In this document: piece by piece, positions 20,753-29,509 of the stretch
Numbering within the stretch: the stretch's first letter is position 1
Layout of the letters: every line of letters begins with the position of its first letter
DNA from: Oscillospiraceae bacterium
GTDB taxonomy: Bacteria; Bacillota; Clostridia; Oscillospirales; Ruminococcaceae
Assembly (NCBI GenBank): GCA_009777725.1
Contig: WRLG01000011.1
Span: 6,807-70,806, forward strand
DNA length: 64,000 nt
Reading direction: 5' to 3'
Made by a program: the position numbers and the translations under genes
Notes under the pieces: generated by a model
What the model was told of the DNA's origin: nothing
The model's database searches: none
Seen by the model: only the letters and a program-made list of their open reading frames with translations

Positions 20753-21904
20753 TTATTTCCCTAAACTCATATGTTTACAAAGCATCTCCACACGTTTTTT
20801 CAGCCCAAAACATAAAGCATCACGTCTTTGAACGTCAATAAACGGAGAGCCACGGAATATTTCATCTAATTCTTCATCAATATTCATTAAATCAGCGGCT
20901 TCAAGCCACGAAAAGTCTTTGACAAGTTTAATTTGCTCTTCATGTGTATTGCAAAATGGTTTACTTGCGGCGGTTTCCGCTTTAATGTTCATCGGGAGTT
21001 GATTATGCCATAGTGATGTTCCGCTGTCAAAAATTGGGGCGGTGCTAATCCATTTAAGCGTTTGGGCATTTCTCACCGCCCCGAAATTGCTCAAATGCCT
21101 GTCATTATTTGCAATAATATAATCCAAAACAAGCATTTTATCAAGGTTGAACCGAGCATCGGGGATTCCTAATTCCTCACAGCAAGCCAGATAATGTTCA
21201 TAAAGTAAATCCGCATTTTCTATTTTTTTTATGTTGTGAATAGAAAACGCACTGACTAACTCCGTTTCGGAGGTTATAAAATCCTCACATACGCTATGCG
21301 GAAAGTTTTCTTCCCATATTACAGAATATGAAACATGAGGAATTTTAAGGCGTTTCATGATTGCACAAGCCGCCGCTTCGTTAAACGGCTCTTGTTGAAA
21401 TGGGTCACTGCCGCCTTTTATTAAACATCTCTTGCCGTCAATAATTTTCCATTTCTTTTTCAGCAAACCGTCAGATGTATTGTCGGGTGAGATTAAGTTA
21501 AGCTTTTTGTTGGGCTTTGTTTTTCCGAATAAAGCGTTGCCTACATCTTCGGAAAAAGGGTTGTCAAAAAAGTTTATTTTTTCCCATTCAAGCGGGCTTT
21601 CAATAGGGTTTATCCAATATTGGTCCGATAGCGAAAGCCCAAAGCATTTTGCTATTAATTCTTTAGAAGAAGAAATGCCTAACGCACCCATAGCCTCGCT
21701 GAAATTATGCCTGCTTGCGGGGATTGAACGCCCGCTCCACCATTCATCTAAGTCATCCAAATCAGGGCGTTCATCTTTCACGGTTATTCCGACGGGCAAC
21801 CGGCTAAAATCAAAAACTTCACCGATATTTGATATTTTAGCGTTTTTGCCCCTAAGAACTATTTGAGCAACAGCTGTTTTTCTGTGCATTAAAATATAAT
21901 TCAC
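20753..21904 (-). CDS. HipA-like serine/threonine kinase domain protein
   Basis: HipA_C-type catalytic loop LDYIIANNDRHLSNFG; no HipB-like HTH gene adjacent. Confidence 0.65.
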   Translation of the reverse strand: MNYILMHRKTAVAQIVLRGKNAKISNIGEVFDFSRLPVGITVKDERPDLDDLDEWWSGRSIPASRHNFSEAMGALGISSSKELIAKCFGLSLSDQYWINPIESPLEWEKINFFDNPFSEDVGNALFGKTKPNKKLNLISPDNTSDGLLKKKWKIIDGKRCLIKGGSDPFQQEPFNEAAACAIMKRLKIPHVSYSVIWEENFPHSVCEDFITSETELVSAFSIHNIKKIENADLLYEHYLACCEELGIPDARFNLDKMLVLDYIIANNDRHLSNFGAVRNAQTLKWISTAPIFDSGTSLWHNQLPMNIKAETAASKPFCNTHEEQIKLVKDFSWLEAADLMNIDEELDEIFRGSPFIDVQRRDALCFGLKKRVEMLCKHMSLGK

Positions 21905-21953
21905 AATCTCCCGCCTTTCGTTATTCTAATTATACTCCAAATCTCGCTAAATG

Positions 21954-22757
21954 TCAACACTTCGGCAGGGCGAGTTTTTCAACCCTCAAAACCCAAGTCA
22001 CACCAATAAGACTGTTATCAATATCATCATATTCATTTTGCTGACTGCGGATATATCCCTCAAATAATGCTTTTTTGCCGGGGAATTTTTCAATCAGTTC
22101 ATTGGCTCTTGCGGTTATCGCCGCCATGCCGGAATCGCTGTCGGGGTTGTCGGAATTATCGCCGGAAGCCGCAATTAATTTTAAGCCCGATTGCTCAAAT
22201 AAGCTCTGCCATTGCTTTTCGGTCAGATAATCATAGTTGTTATACTTGATTTCCTGATTGCATCCGTCGTCGGGCAGGTAACATTCGTCAATCAGTATAA
22301 AACCGCCTTTTTTAACTGTTGATTTCAGCTTATTGACAGTTTCGCAAGGGTTGCCAAGCACGTTGCCGACAGCCCCCAAAATAACAACGTCATAACCCCT
22401 TTCGATTTTAACCGCCTCGTTAATATCGCCGACCGCAAAATCGCATAACTCTCCAACGCCATGCTCCGCCGCCTTTTGAACGGCAACATCAATAAAATCA
22501 GAAAGCAAATCTATGCCCCTAACTCTCGTCCCAAGCTCTCGTGCAATCGCAACCGATACCGCCCCCTTGCCACAAGCCAAGTCTAAAATTCTTGCACCCT
22601 CAGATAATTCAATATGTCTTTTAATCAGCTCGACTATAGCATTAGGACTGCTTCCGAGTTCCCAAAAGTCTTGGAGCAGATACGGCAAAAACGGCAATAA
22701 TTCAGTAGTTTCGGCAGTAAGCGACCCCGCCAATTTCTCTTCAACTTCCTTTGTCAA
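21954..22757 (-). CDS. class I SAM-dependent methyltransferase
   Basis: Motif I ILDLACGKGAVS, with acidic motif II GIDL. Confidence 0.75.
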   Translation of the reverse strand: MTKEVEEKLAGSLTAETTELLPFLPYLLQDFWELGSSPNAIVELIKRHIELSEGARILDLACGKGAVSVAIARELGTRVRGIDLLSDFIDVAVQKAAEHGVGELCDFAVGDINEAVKIERGYDVVILGAVGNVLGNPCETVNKLKSTVKKGGFILIDECYLPDDGCNQEIKYNNYDYLTEKQWQSLFEQSGLKLIAASGDNSDNPDSDSGMAAITARANELIEKFPGKKALFEGYIRSQQNEYDDIDNSLIGVTWVLRVEKLALPKC

Positions 22758-22801
22758 TTTTGCACCTCCTAATATAAATTTATTATGCTTATCTTCAGCA
22801 T

Positions 22802-23164
22802 TTAACCCTCATACAAATCACCGCTGTTTTCCTTGTTGAGTGTCCCGTCAAGTTCGACCATTAAAAATTTTGCCAATTCTTTTACAACGGGTCTGTGCCT
22901 CACACCTTTGGGGACAATTATAAACTCTCCCTCATCAATTTTTATTAGTCCCTCGTCTGTTTCGAGGTGAAAAGTCCCCTCAATAACATAGAAAAGTTCA
23001 TCAGATTGCTCATGAATATGAAAATCCAATGTGCGGTTTTCAACATTTACAACACTTAATATATGACCGTTCAAACTCCCGACCTTATCGTAAACATACA
23101 ACCTTTCTACAGCATTAACAGCTTCTTTAAGATTCACTTTTTCCAACATAATTTTTCTCCTCAC
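22802..23164 (-). CDS. cupin-domain protein
   Basis: HIHEQSDELFYVIEG...VPKGVRHRP two-motif cupin signature. Confidence 0.7.
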   Translation of the reverse strand: MRRKIMLEKVNLKEAVNAVERLYVYDKVGSLNGHILSVVNVENRTLDFHIHEQSDELFYVIEGTFHLETDEGLIKIDEGEFIIVPKGVRHRPVVKELAKFLMVELDGTLNKENSGDLYEG

Positions 23165-23228
23165 TTAATGTAAAATGTTCGCATCCCTGCAAAAATCAGT
23201 TAATGTATTTAATGCTTATAATGTAGTG

Positions 23229-23540
23229 TTAATCTAAATACGCCTTACCACTTTCATCATACTTTACAATTAACTCTTCTCTTTGAAAAATATCTGCCAT
23301 TGTTTTAGTACAATCATAATATAACTTATATACCAGCACTTTATATAATTCTTCACCCTCTGTATGGTCATTCCAAGTGCCGTAAGAGTCAAACTCCTCT
23401 TTGGTTATCTGCCAAAATATTGCTTGATTAAGCCTTCCGCCAAGTGCTTCAAAGGCATATATTTCATCATCGAATTTGCCCACCGATTCCCATTGTCCAA
23501 TTTTTATTCTTTTGTAAAACCTCATATCTTTAACTCCCAT
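23229..23540 (-). CDS. hypothetical protein
   Basis: 103-aa ORF in the AT-rich accessory stretch; no motif. Confidence 0.4.
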   Translation of the reverse strand: MGVKDMRFYKRIKIGQWESVGKFDDEIYAFEALGGRLNQAIFWQITKEEFDSYGTWNDHTEGEELYKVLVYKLYYDCTKTMADIFQREELIVKYDESGKAYLD

Positions 23541-23646
23541 TATATAAATAATATTCGCACCCCTGCAAAAATCGGTTGCTTATCAACCTGTCACATCATA
23601 ACAAAGTTCAACAAATTGATTAAAGCGATTTATGCTTTTTAAAGCC

Positions 23647-24126
23647 TTATTCTTTGAGCTTTTCCAATATTCTCTCTGCTCTTTCCCTATCCTTTGAAAA
23701 TTGCCCGATAAATGCGTCAAATGCTAGTAAAAACAATATGCTGTAGTTATTTGAAAAAACAAAATCAACAAGATTATCACCTATTAATTCAGGGTTAATA
23801 TCAATTATTTGTGAGGCAATTAAAATAAAAAGATAAAGCAAATATATTAATGTTTTAAACGAAACAAATCCGCCCGATATTATAAGACGGGCTTTTTCCG
23901 CGCCGTACTTTTCCTTTAACCTCATAATCATTTCGTCCGATTGCAAAAGCTTAACTGCATATTGGTCAAATAATACAGCTAAAATAATCAAGGCAAAATT
24001 CCACAAATAAGCATACAAAACAGAAAACCCGGCTAACCATGTAAACCCCAAATATAAAACCAACCCATATGCAATCATTCCTAAAATATCATGGAGCAGA
24101 TATTTGTTAATTTTCAGCTTATTCAT
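23647..24126 (-). CDS. hypothetical membrane protein
   Basis: 159 aa, 4 TM helices. Confidence 0.45.
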   Translation of the reverse strand: MNKLKINKYLLHDILGMIAYGLVLYLGFTWLAGFSVLYAYLWNFALIILAVLFDQYAVKLLQSDEMIMRLKEKYGAEKARLIISGGFVSFKTLIYLLYLFILIASQIIDINPELIGDNLVDFVFSNNYSILFLLAFDAFIGQFSKDRERAERILEKLKE

Positions 24127-24204
24127 ATGAAACCGAACCTTTCAAATATTTTGCGGCGGTATTATTGTTAAGTGTGCTTATAGTGCTTATTCCTGAACAG
24201 TCTC

Positions 24205-24840
24205 TTAAATAATTTTCGCATTTTTCGGAATAAGTTCGGGGTGATTTCGCATAAATTCTGTTGCTTTTTTATTAATTTCTTCAATAGTCATATCCTCAAA
24301 AAGATTTTCCCGCCATTTGGTATAATCAAAGCGGTCTTGCTTTATAGTACTTATAAACATTTCAATTCCGTTTTTCATAATAGATTTTATCAGTTTAATT
24401 TGCTTTTTGTCCCATATTGGTATATAATCTTCCTCGTCACTCGGTTTTAATATATTGTTTCCGTAAAACAGTTTGTCGTAAATTATGTTGATTGATGCGT
24501 TTTTATTATCGCCTTTAAAATTAACTCCCGTTGAATATGCTATGTCTGTAAAAATATTCCAAAAATTTAAAATATCATTGCATATGACATTTACATCATC
24601 GCTTTTAATCCAAGCGTTCAGCCAATCGAAATCATATAACATAATCTCATATTCATCATTTTGATATAACTGCAAATTTTTTTCAGCCAAGAATTGCAAA
24701 GCCGAGTTCTTTGCCCCGAAACATAATATTTTCTTATCTTCATTGCAAAAAAGACCGTCTTTATCATCTGAATAATCTGAATACCATATGGAATAATTCT
24801 TGAGTCCGTCATATAAAAATTGAATTAAAAATATATCCAT
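24205..24840 (-). CDS. hypothetical protein
   Basis: 211-aa acidic, Asn/Asp/Tyr-rich ORF; no motif. Confidence 0.45.
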   Translation of the reverse strand: MDIFLIQFLYDGLKNYSIWYSDYSDDKDGLFCNEDKKILCFGAKNSALQFLAEKNLQLYQNDEYEIMLYDFDWLNAWIKSDDVNVICNDILNFWNIFTDIAYSTGVNFKGDNKNASINIIYDKLFYGNNILKPSDEEDYIPIWDKKQIKLIKSIMKNGIEMFISTIKQDRFDYTKWRENLFEDMTIEEINKKATEFMRNHPELIPKNAKII

Positions 24841-24867
24841 AATTGAGTGACACCTGCTTTCTTATTC

Positions 24868-25569
24868 TCACCAATCCTGCGAAGATTTTTTAAAATCGCT
24901 CGTATCTTTTGACGTTCCCAACGCCCCTCTATGTTGATTAAGTGTGGTTTTACTAATTAAATCAGGGTTTATTTTGGCAAGTTCGACCAGCGTATCTAAA
25001 GAACCTGCCTCTTTTTTTCGCCTTGAACGCATACTCCGCATTGCTATAAACCCCGGCACAAAAAATAACATTCCGAAAAAAATTAAGCGAATCTCTTCAT
25101 TATTATCGCTTGAATAAAGCCTTGACGGTTTACCCGGTATATTATATACGGTGATACTGTCGCCTACAGCTTGCTTTGGTTTCAAACCCCAATAAAGGTT
25201 ACGAGTATGCTCTTCACCATCAATTTGGACGCTAACCTTATAGCTTCCGTTCATGTTGCCGTCAGTAATGTAGTTTTTGTTGTTGTGATAGATCTTAGTG
25301 ATTTCACCGATGTTTTTTTCTGCACCGATTTTAATTAAATTAAAGTCTATCAAAAAGATAATACCTCCGATGATTAATAAAGCACCGATGATTTGAAAAA
25401 CCAAAGCAATGTTTCTGACATCCTCCTGCCGAACATTATATAATTTTAAAAAATCTGCAATTAAAATAACGCCTCCGACAATTAAAAAAGCTGAAGTGAA
25501 GATCCTTAAAGCCGGATGACCCAAAAATTCAGCTGCAAGCGCGTAAAAAAACATAAAAAATTTCGGCAT
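24868..25569 (-). CDS. hypothetical membrane protein (DUF3592-like layout, tentative)
   Basis: TM pairs flank a soluble beta-rich segment. Confidence 0.45.
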   Translation of the reverse strand: MPKFFMFFYALAAEFLGHPALRIFTSAFLIVGGVILIADFLKLYNVRQEDVRNIALVFQIIGALLIIGGIIFLIDFNLIKIGAEKNIGEITKIYHNNKNYITDGNMNGSYKVSVQIDGEEHTRNLYWGLKPKQAVGDSITVYNIPGKPSRLYSSDNNEEIRLIFFGMLFFVPGFIAMRSMRSRRKKEAGSLDTLVELAKINPDLISKTTLNQHRGALGTSKDTSDFKKSSQDW

Positions 25570-25699
25570 AATAAATCTCCCCTATTATACTATCGATTAT
25601 TCTCAAATATCTCCCCCGTATCAACGTCCATGAACCACCTGTCAGTTGTCTCATCGTTTGTTTCGCTTCTGTTGATAAACAGATAAGAACGTCCGACAG

Positions 25700-26200
25700 T
25701 TACGCCTTTTTCTGCTCCAATTCCGCCGCCCTATCTAAATCATAAACGGTAATATCAATCTGCGGCGGCTCTTTGAAGCTCTTCGGGCTTATCTCCCCTG
25801 TCGGCAAAGGCACGCTGAACCGCACGGATACAGTTTCATCTGCAAGATAACGCTCAAGTAAATCATAAAAATAATCATTAACCTCATCTGCATAGCGGAC
25901 GTTATTGTAATAGTCTTGAATCATTCCGTTGCCCTTATTATACCATATGTTAAACACCATTTCGGGGTTGGCTTTCGGATATGCCCGAATTCGGTGAGGG
26001 CGGGCAAATTCCTCAAAGTAAAATTCAACCTCGCAGGTAAATTCTTCGTTATATTTGTCCAACAAATACGCTTCCATCAAAGCCTGCGTTTCCGCCGCAT
26101 ATTTCGCCTCTGACTTTTCGTCAATTTTCGGCATACGATGTGTATCGCCGCAAGCCGCCAAAAATATGCAAATGAGGGGGAGAATAAATATTTTTTTCAC
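25700..26200 (-). CDS. putative lipoprotein
   Basis: GTG start; signal peptide with lipobox FLAACG. Confidence 0.55.
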   Translation of the reverse strand: MKKIFILPLICIFLAACGDTHRMPKIDEKSEAKYAAETQALMEAYLLDKYNEEFTCEVEFYFEEFARPHRIRAYPKANPEMVFNIWYNKGNGMIQDYYNNVRYADEVNDYFYDLLERYLADETVSVRFSVPLPTGEISPKSFKEPPQIDITVYDLDRAAELEQKKA

Positions 26201-26262
26201 ATAAACCCGAGCCTTTCAAATATTTTGCGGCGTTATTATTGCCGATTATTCTTATTTTGCCG

Positions 26263-26682
26263 CTAATCGAAAAACTTAATAAAAAAATATTTAGTAAGCT
26301 TAGGTGCATTTATGTTTTTCCGAATAAACTCAACTTGAAAGCCGCACTTTTTATAAAAATCGGGAGCTTGAAATTCATAAGTGCTTAAATTTATATTTTC
26401 AAAGCCTTTGCCTTTAAAGTAATCCTCAACCGCTTGGATAAGCCTGCTTCCGATATGTTTACCTCTGTATTGTTCAAGTATGATAAGGTCGATTATTTTC
26501 ACTTCTTTATAGTATGAATGACCCGTTATTATCCCCGCGAATTCCTCATCCTTTTTTGCAATAAAACAAAACGGAACATAATTACATTCAATGTTGTTTT
26601 TATCAGCAAATTTAGTGAATTCAACACCTATCATTTTTTCTGTTTCCTCATCGGCGTATTCTCTATAATCAATCTTTAACAC
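26263..26682 (-). CDS. GNAT-family N-acetyltransferase
   Basis: Acetyl-CoA motif QYRGKHIGSRLIQ. GTG start at 26682 with GGGGGGA upstream; the longer track ORF start looks spurious. Confidence 0.75.
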   Translation of the reverse strand: MLKIDYREYADEETEKMIGVEFTKFADKNNIECNYVPFCFIAKKDEEFAGIITGHSYYKEVKIIDLIILEQYRGKHIGSRLIQAVEDYFKGKGFENINLSTYEFQAPDFYKKCGFQVEFIRKNINAPKLTKYFFIKFFD

Positions 26683-26851
26683 TATATCCCCCCAAAAATA
26701 TAAATTTATCACGCTAAAACCGCCGAACCATGCAGAGAGAAATATTCTTAACACTTTAAGGAGTATATTTCCCTTTATGCTTATTATAAAACTCTTTCAA
26801 TGACTTTTTTGTATCATCATCAAGGTCATGCCAACGTACCCCTTTATATTA

Positions 26852-27535
26852 TCACAAAATAAACATCAACGCAAGCACAATATATGTATACTTTACATTC
26901 TTTTGAAGCAGCAAGTATACAAATCCGTAAACTAACGAAAATGCCGCAAGATAAATCCCCGTAAGTAAATCCTTTGTAAATATATGTAATAACCCCCATA
27001 ATAATCCGCAAAGTATTCCGCCCCAAGGGATATTTTCTTTTCTAAAGACAATTTCGCCGAATTTCTGCCCGTAAACAATAACGGATAAAAACAAAGAAAC
27101 TTCAAAAGCATAGTAAATATACTGAATGATAAACGCCAATATAGCATAACTGCTAAACAACTCTCTCATACGCAAAAATTCCACCAACGGTTTAAACTGC
27201 ATATTATACATTAAAAGCTGACCAATAACAGCGGCTATAAGCAACGCAAAAACAATAATCCAATTTTTAAGCGGAGCGCGCGCAGAATTATTCTCCAAGA
27301 CATTATAGCCTTTCTTTTTCGCAAGAGAATACAAAGAGAATACGCCCGCCGCCCACATAACGCTGGTAAGCCCCCACTGTAACAGCATAACTGAAAATCC
27401 ATGGGCTTCAATCCTCGCCGAAAAATCCATAGTGCCGTAAAATAAGAATGTAACTAATAAAACTACAACATCCATCCCCAAAAACAAAAATGCAAGGATT
27501 CCCATCCCAAGATATGAAATTGGTTTTTCTTTCAT
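26852..27535 (-). CDS. multi-pass membrane protein (possibly CPBP-like, weak)
   Basis: 227 aa, ~7 TM helices. The LLWGLLH motif is reminiscent of CPBP proteases, but the EExxxR motif is not seen. Confidence 0.45.
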   Translation of the reverse strand: MKEKPISYLGMGILAFLFLGMDVVVLLVTFLFYGTMDFSARIEAHGFSVMLLQWGLTSVMWAAGVFSLYSLAKKKGYNVLENNSARAPLKNWIIVFALLIAAVIGQLLMYNMQFKPLVEFLRMRELFSSYAILAFIIQYIYYAFEVSLFLSVIVYGQKFGEIVFRKENIPWGGILCGLLWGLLHIFTKDLLTGIYLAAFSLVYGFVYLLLQKNVKYTYIVLALMFIL

Positions 27536-27665
27536 TTTAAAATACTCCTATCATATTTTTTGTTTGTATTAAATGTAGCTTACCCAACTACTGAAAACCA
27601 AGTGGATAATAAAATGGGCGAATTGAGTAAACTGCCGAATATATCAAAAAAGTTAGAAACGTAAC

Positions 27666-28049
27666 TCACCAAATCCAATCCACCTCATATTTTTGGATAT
27701 TTTCATCTATTGTAATAATCGTCAACCCCTCAACAAGAGCGGTCGCAACAATCAGGCGGTCAAAGGGGTCTTTGTGTATAAAGGGTAAATTGCCTAAATT
27801 GCTTAAATATTTATCTTTAATTTGCAATATGGTAAAATCTCTGTCATTAATGTTGTCCAACAATTCGTCAAGAGGAAGCTTTAGATTTAATTTGCCTAAA
27901 TTCATTTTCAAAGCAATCTCCCATAAAGAAATTGCACAAATATATATGCTGTTTGCGGGGTTATCAATTAGTTTCACTATCTTGTCCGGGAGTTCAGGTG
28001 AATTTTCATAATACCAAATAACGGCGTGCGTGTCAATCAAATATTTCAT
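27666..28049 (-). CDS. vapC: PIN-domain toxin (VapC-like)
   Basis: MKYLIDTHAVIW start and conserved acidic residues. 4-nt overlap with the upstream small gene. Confidence 0.8.
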   Translation of the reverse strand: MKYLIDTHAVIWYYENSPELPDKIVKLIDNPANSIYICAISLWEIALKMNLGKLNLKLPLDELLDNINDRDFTILQIKDKYLSNLGNLPFIHKDPFDRLIVATALVEGLTIITIDENIQKYEVDWIW

Positions 28050-28282
28050 TCCATATACTCCTTTAATTCCTCAAGCGGTTCATTAAAATCATCAGACATC
28101 CAAACTTTACCTGTTAAAAGCCCTCTGGCTGTTGAGCGCGGCAATTTCCCGCTTTTAATTGTGTTTGCCGCTTCCTCAATAACCGGCAATATTATTACCT
28201 CGACCTTTGTATTTTTGAGATTATGCGGGATAACAATTTGACTTAATAAGTCGCTGTTTATTACCTGCCTTACAAATTCCAT
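28046..28282 (-). CDS. cognate antitoxin (small, with C-terminal DDFNEPLEE tail)
   Basis: 78 aa, translationally coupled to the PIN gene. The acidic C-terminal motif is typical of PIN-partner antitoxins. Confidence 0.65.
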   Translation of the reverse strand: MEFVRQVINSDLLSQIVIPHNLKNTKVEVIILPVIEEAANTIKSGKLPRSTARGLLTGKVWMSDDFNEPLEELKEYME

Positions 28283-28305
28283 GTTTCATGCTCCTTCCAA
28301 AAATT

Positions 28306-28743
28306 TCAATCCTCCAAAACAACAGTAAACGGTCCCTCATTTACGAGTTCGACTTTCATAGACGCACCAAAAACTCCATGTTCGACTTTAACAAATTTAT
28401 CCCTTGCATATTCGACAAAATATTCGTATAACTCTTCTGCCAAAGCGGGGGCGGCGGCGTTTATGAAACTGGGGCGGTTTCCTTTTCTGCAATCGGCACA
28501 TAGCGTAAACTGCGAAACAACCAAAATCCCGCCGCCGACATCGCCTATAGAGAGGTTGGTTTTCCCGTTCTCATCGGAAAAAATCCGTAATCTTTGAATT
28601 TTCTCAACCATCTTCTCAATCTTAGCCCGGTCGTCGCCCTCGTTAATCCCCAGTAATACCAAATACCCGTGACCAATCTCCCCGCACACCACCCCGTCAA
28701 CACGAACCGACGACGACGAAACCCTCTGCAATACAACTTTCAT
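28306..28743 (-). CDS. dtd: D-aminoacyl-tRNA deacylase
   Basis: MKVVLQRVSSSSV...SQFTL...GNRPSF. Confidence 0.9.
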   Translation of the reverse strand: MKVVLQRVSSSSVRVDGVVCGEIGHGYLVLLGINEGDDRAKIEKMVEKIQRLRIFSDENGKTNLSIGDVGGGILVVSQFTLCADCRKGNRPSFINAAAPALAEELYEYFVEYARDKFVKVEHGVFGASMKVELVNEGPFTVVLED

Positions 28744-28759
28744 ACTTACACACCCATTC

Positions 28760-29404
28760 CTATAAAAATAATAACACTCCCAAAAAGTGACAAATCGCGC
28801 CGAGATTCACAAAGAAATGCCAGACCATATGGTAAAACTTCCGTTCCTTTTTAGCGTAAAAATATGTTCCGGCAGAGTAGAACAAGCCGCCGCCGAGGAT
28901 TAACAGCTGCAACCCTATATTTGCATTGCGGATAATCAAAGGGGCAACAAGCACTGCCGACCAGCCCATTACAAGGTAAATGGTAAGCGATATTTTCGGG
29001 ATTTTTTTCTTCGCAAGCGATTTATACAAAACTCCGAAAATAACCATAGCCCATTGAAGCGAGGCAATAGCAATCCCAACCGAGCCGCCGATTACAACCA
29101 GCGCAACAGGCGTATACGTGCCCGCAATAGCGACATAGATGAATATATGGTCAAGAATTTGCATTACCTGCTTTTGGCGCGTATCGGCAGTCATGCTGTG
29201 ATAAAGTGATGAGGATAAAAACATAAGAAAGAGCGAGCACATGAAAACAGACGTGCAAAAAGCGGCAAGCGAGCCGTTCCTCAAATAAGCATGAATTGCC
29301 GTAGGCGCGATTCCGCATAATACAGCAAGAGCCATAACCCCATGGCTGACGGAATTGCCTATTTCCTCCCCCAAAGTATAAGTGTAAAGACGAATTTTTT
29401 TCAT
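28760..29404 (-). CDS. hemolysin III / PAQR-family membrane protein
   Basis: EEIGNSVSHG motif and 7 TM helices. ATG at 29404 with AAGAGGGG RBS; the track start at 29443 lies inside a repeat. Confidence 0.8.
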   Translation of the reverse strand: MKKIRLYTYTLGEEIGNSVSHGVMALAVLCGIAPTAIHAYLRNGSLAAFCTSVFMCSLFLMFLSSSLYHSMTADTRQKQVMQILDHIFIYVAIAGTYTPVALVVIGGSVGIAIASLQWAMVIFGVLYKSLAKKKIPKISLTIYLVMGWSAVLVAPLIIRNANIGLQLLILGGGLFYSAGTYFYAKKERKFYHMVWHFFVNLGAICHFLGVLLFL

Positions 29405-29420
29405 ATGAAACCCCTCTTTA

Positions 29421-29505
29421 AATGAATAATGAACAATTGACAATCAGCAATTAAATTGTTAATTGGCTAATTGTAATTATTCATTGTTCATGTTCATTGT
29501 TCATT
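29421..29505. repeat. intergenic heptamer-family repeat arranged as a long imperfect AT-rich palindrome
   Basis: AATGAATAATGAACAATTGACAAT...ATTGTAATTATTCATTGTTCATGTTCATTGTTCATT. Confidence 0.6.
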
Positions 29506-29509
29506 TTTA

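Noticed and set aside
20753-21904. Calling the HipA-like gene a hipBA toxin-antitoxin module.
   Set aside because: No HipB-like HTH gene is adjacent, so only the kinase-domain call is supported.
25570-25699. Protein-like minus-strand frame (…GVTVGRSYLFINRSETNDETTDRWFMDVDTGEIFENNR*) downstream of the lipoprotein gene.
   Set aside because: It has no start codon or RBS and is out of frame with the upstream ORF. It may be a decayed fragment but cannot be supported.
26844-27147. Track ORFs 26844..27026 and 26932..27147 (minus strand).
   Set aside because: They are alternative frames overlapping the longer hydrophobic ORF 26852..27535.
27600-27662. Short plus-strand ORF MGELSKLPNISKKLET*.
   Set aside because: It is 16 aa with no RBS. 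It is possibly a relic of a TfoX-C-like gene, but too short to support.
18773-28282. Prophage or ICE interpretation of the AT-rich accessory stretch.
   Set aside because: No integrase, transposase, phage structural or conjugation genes are present, and no flanking direct repeats could be identified by eye.
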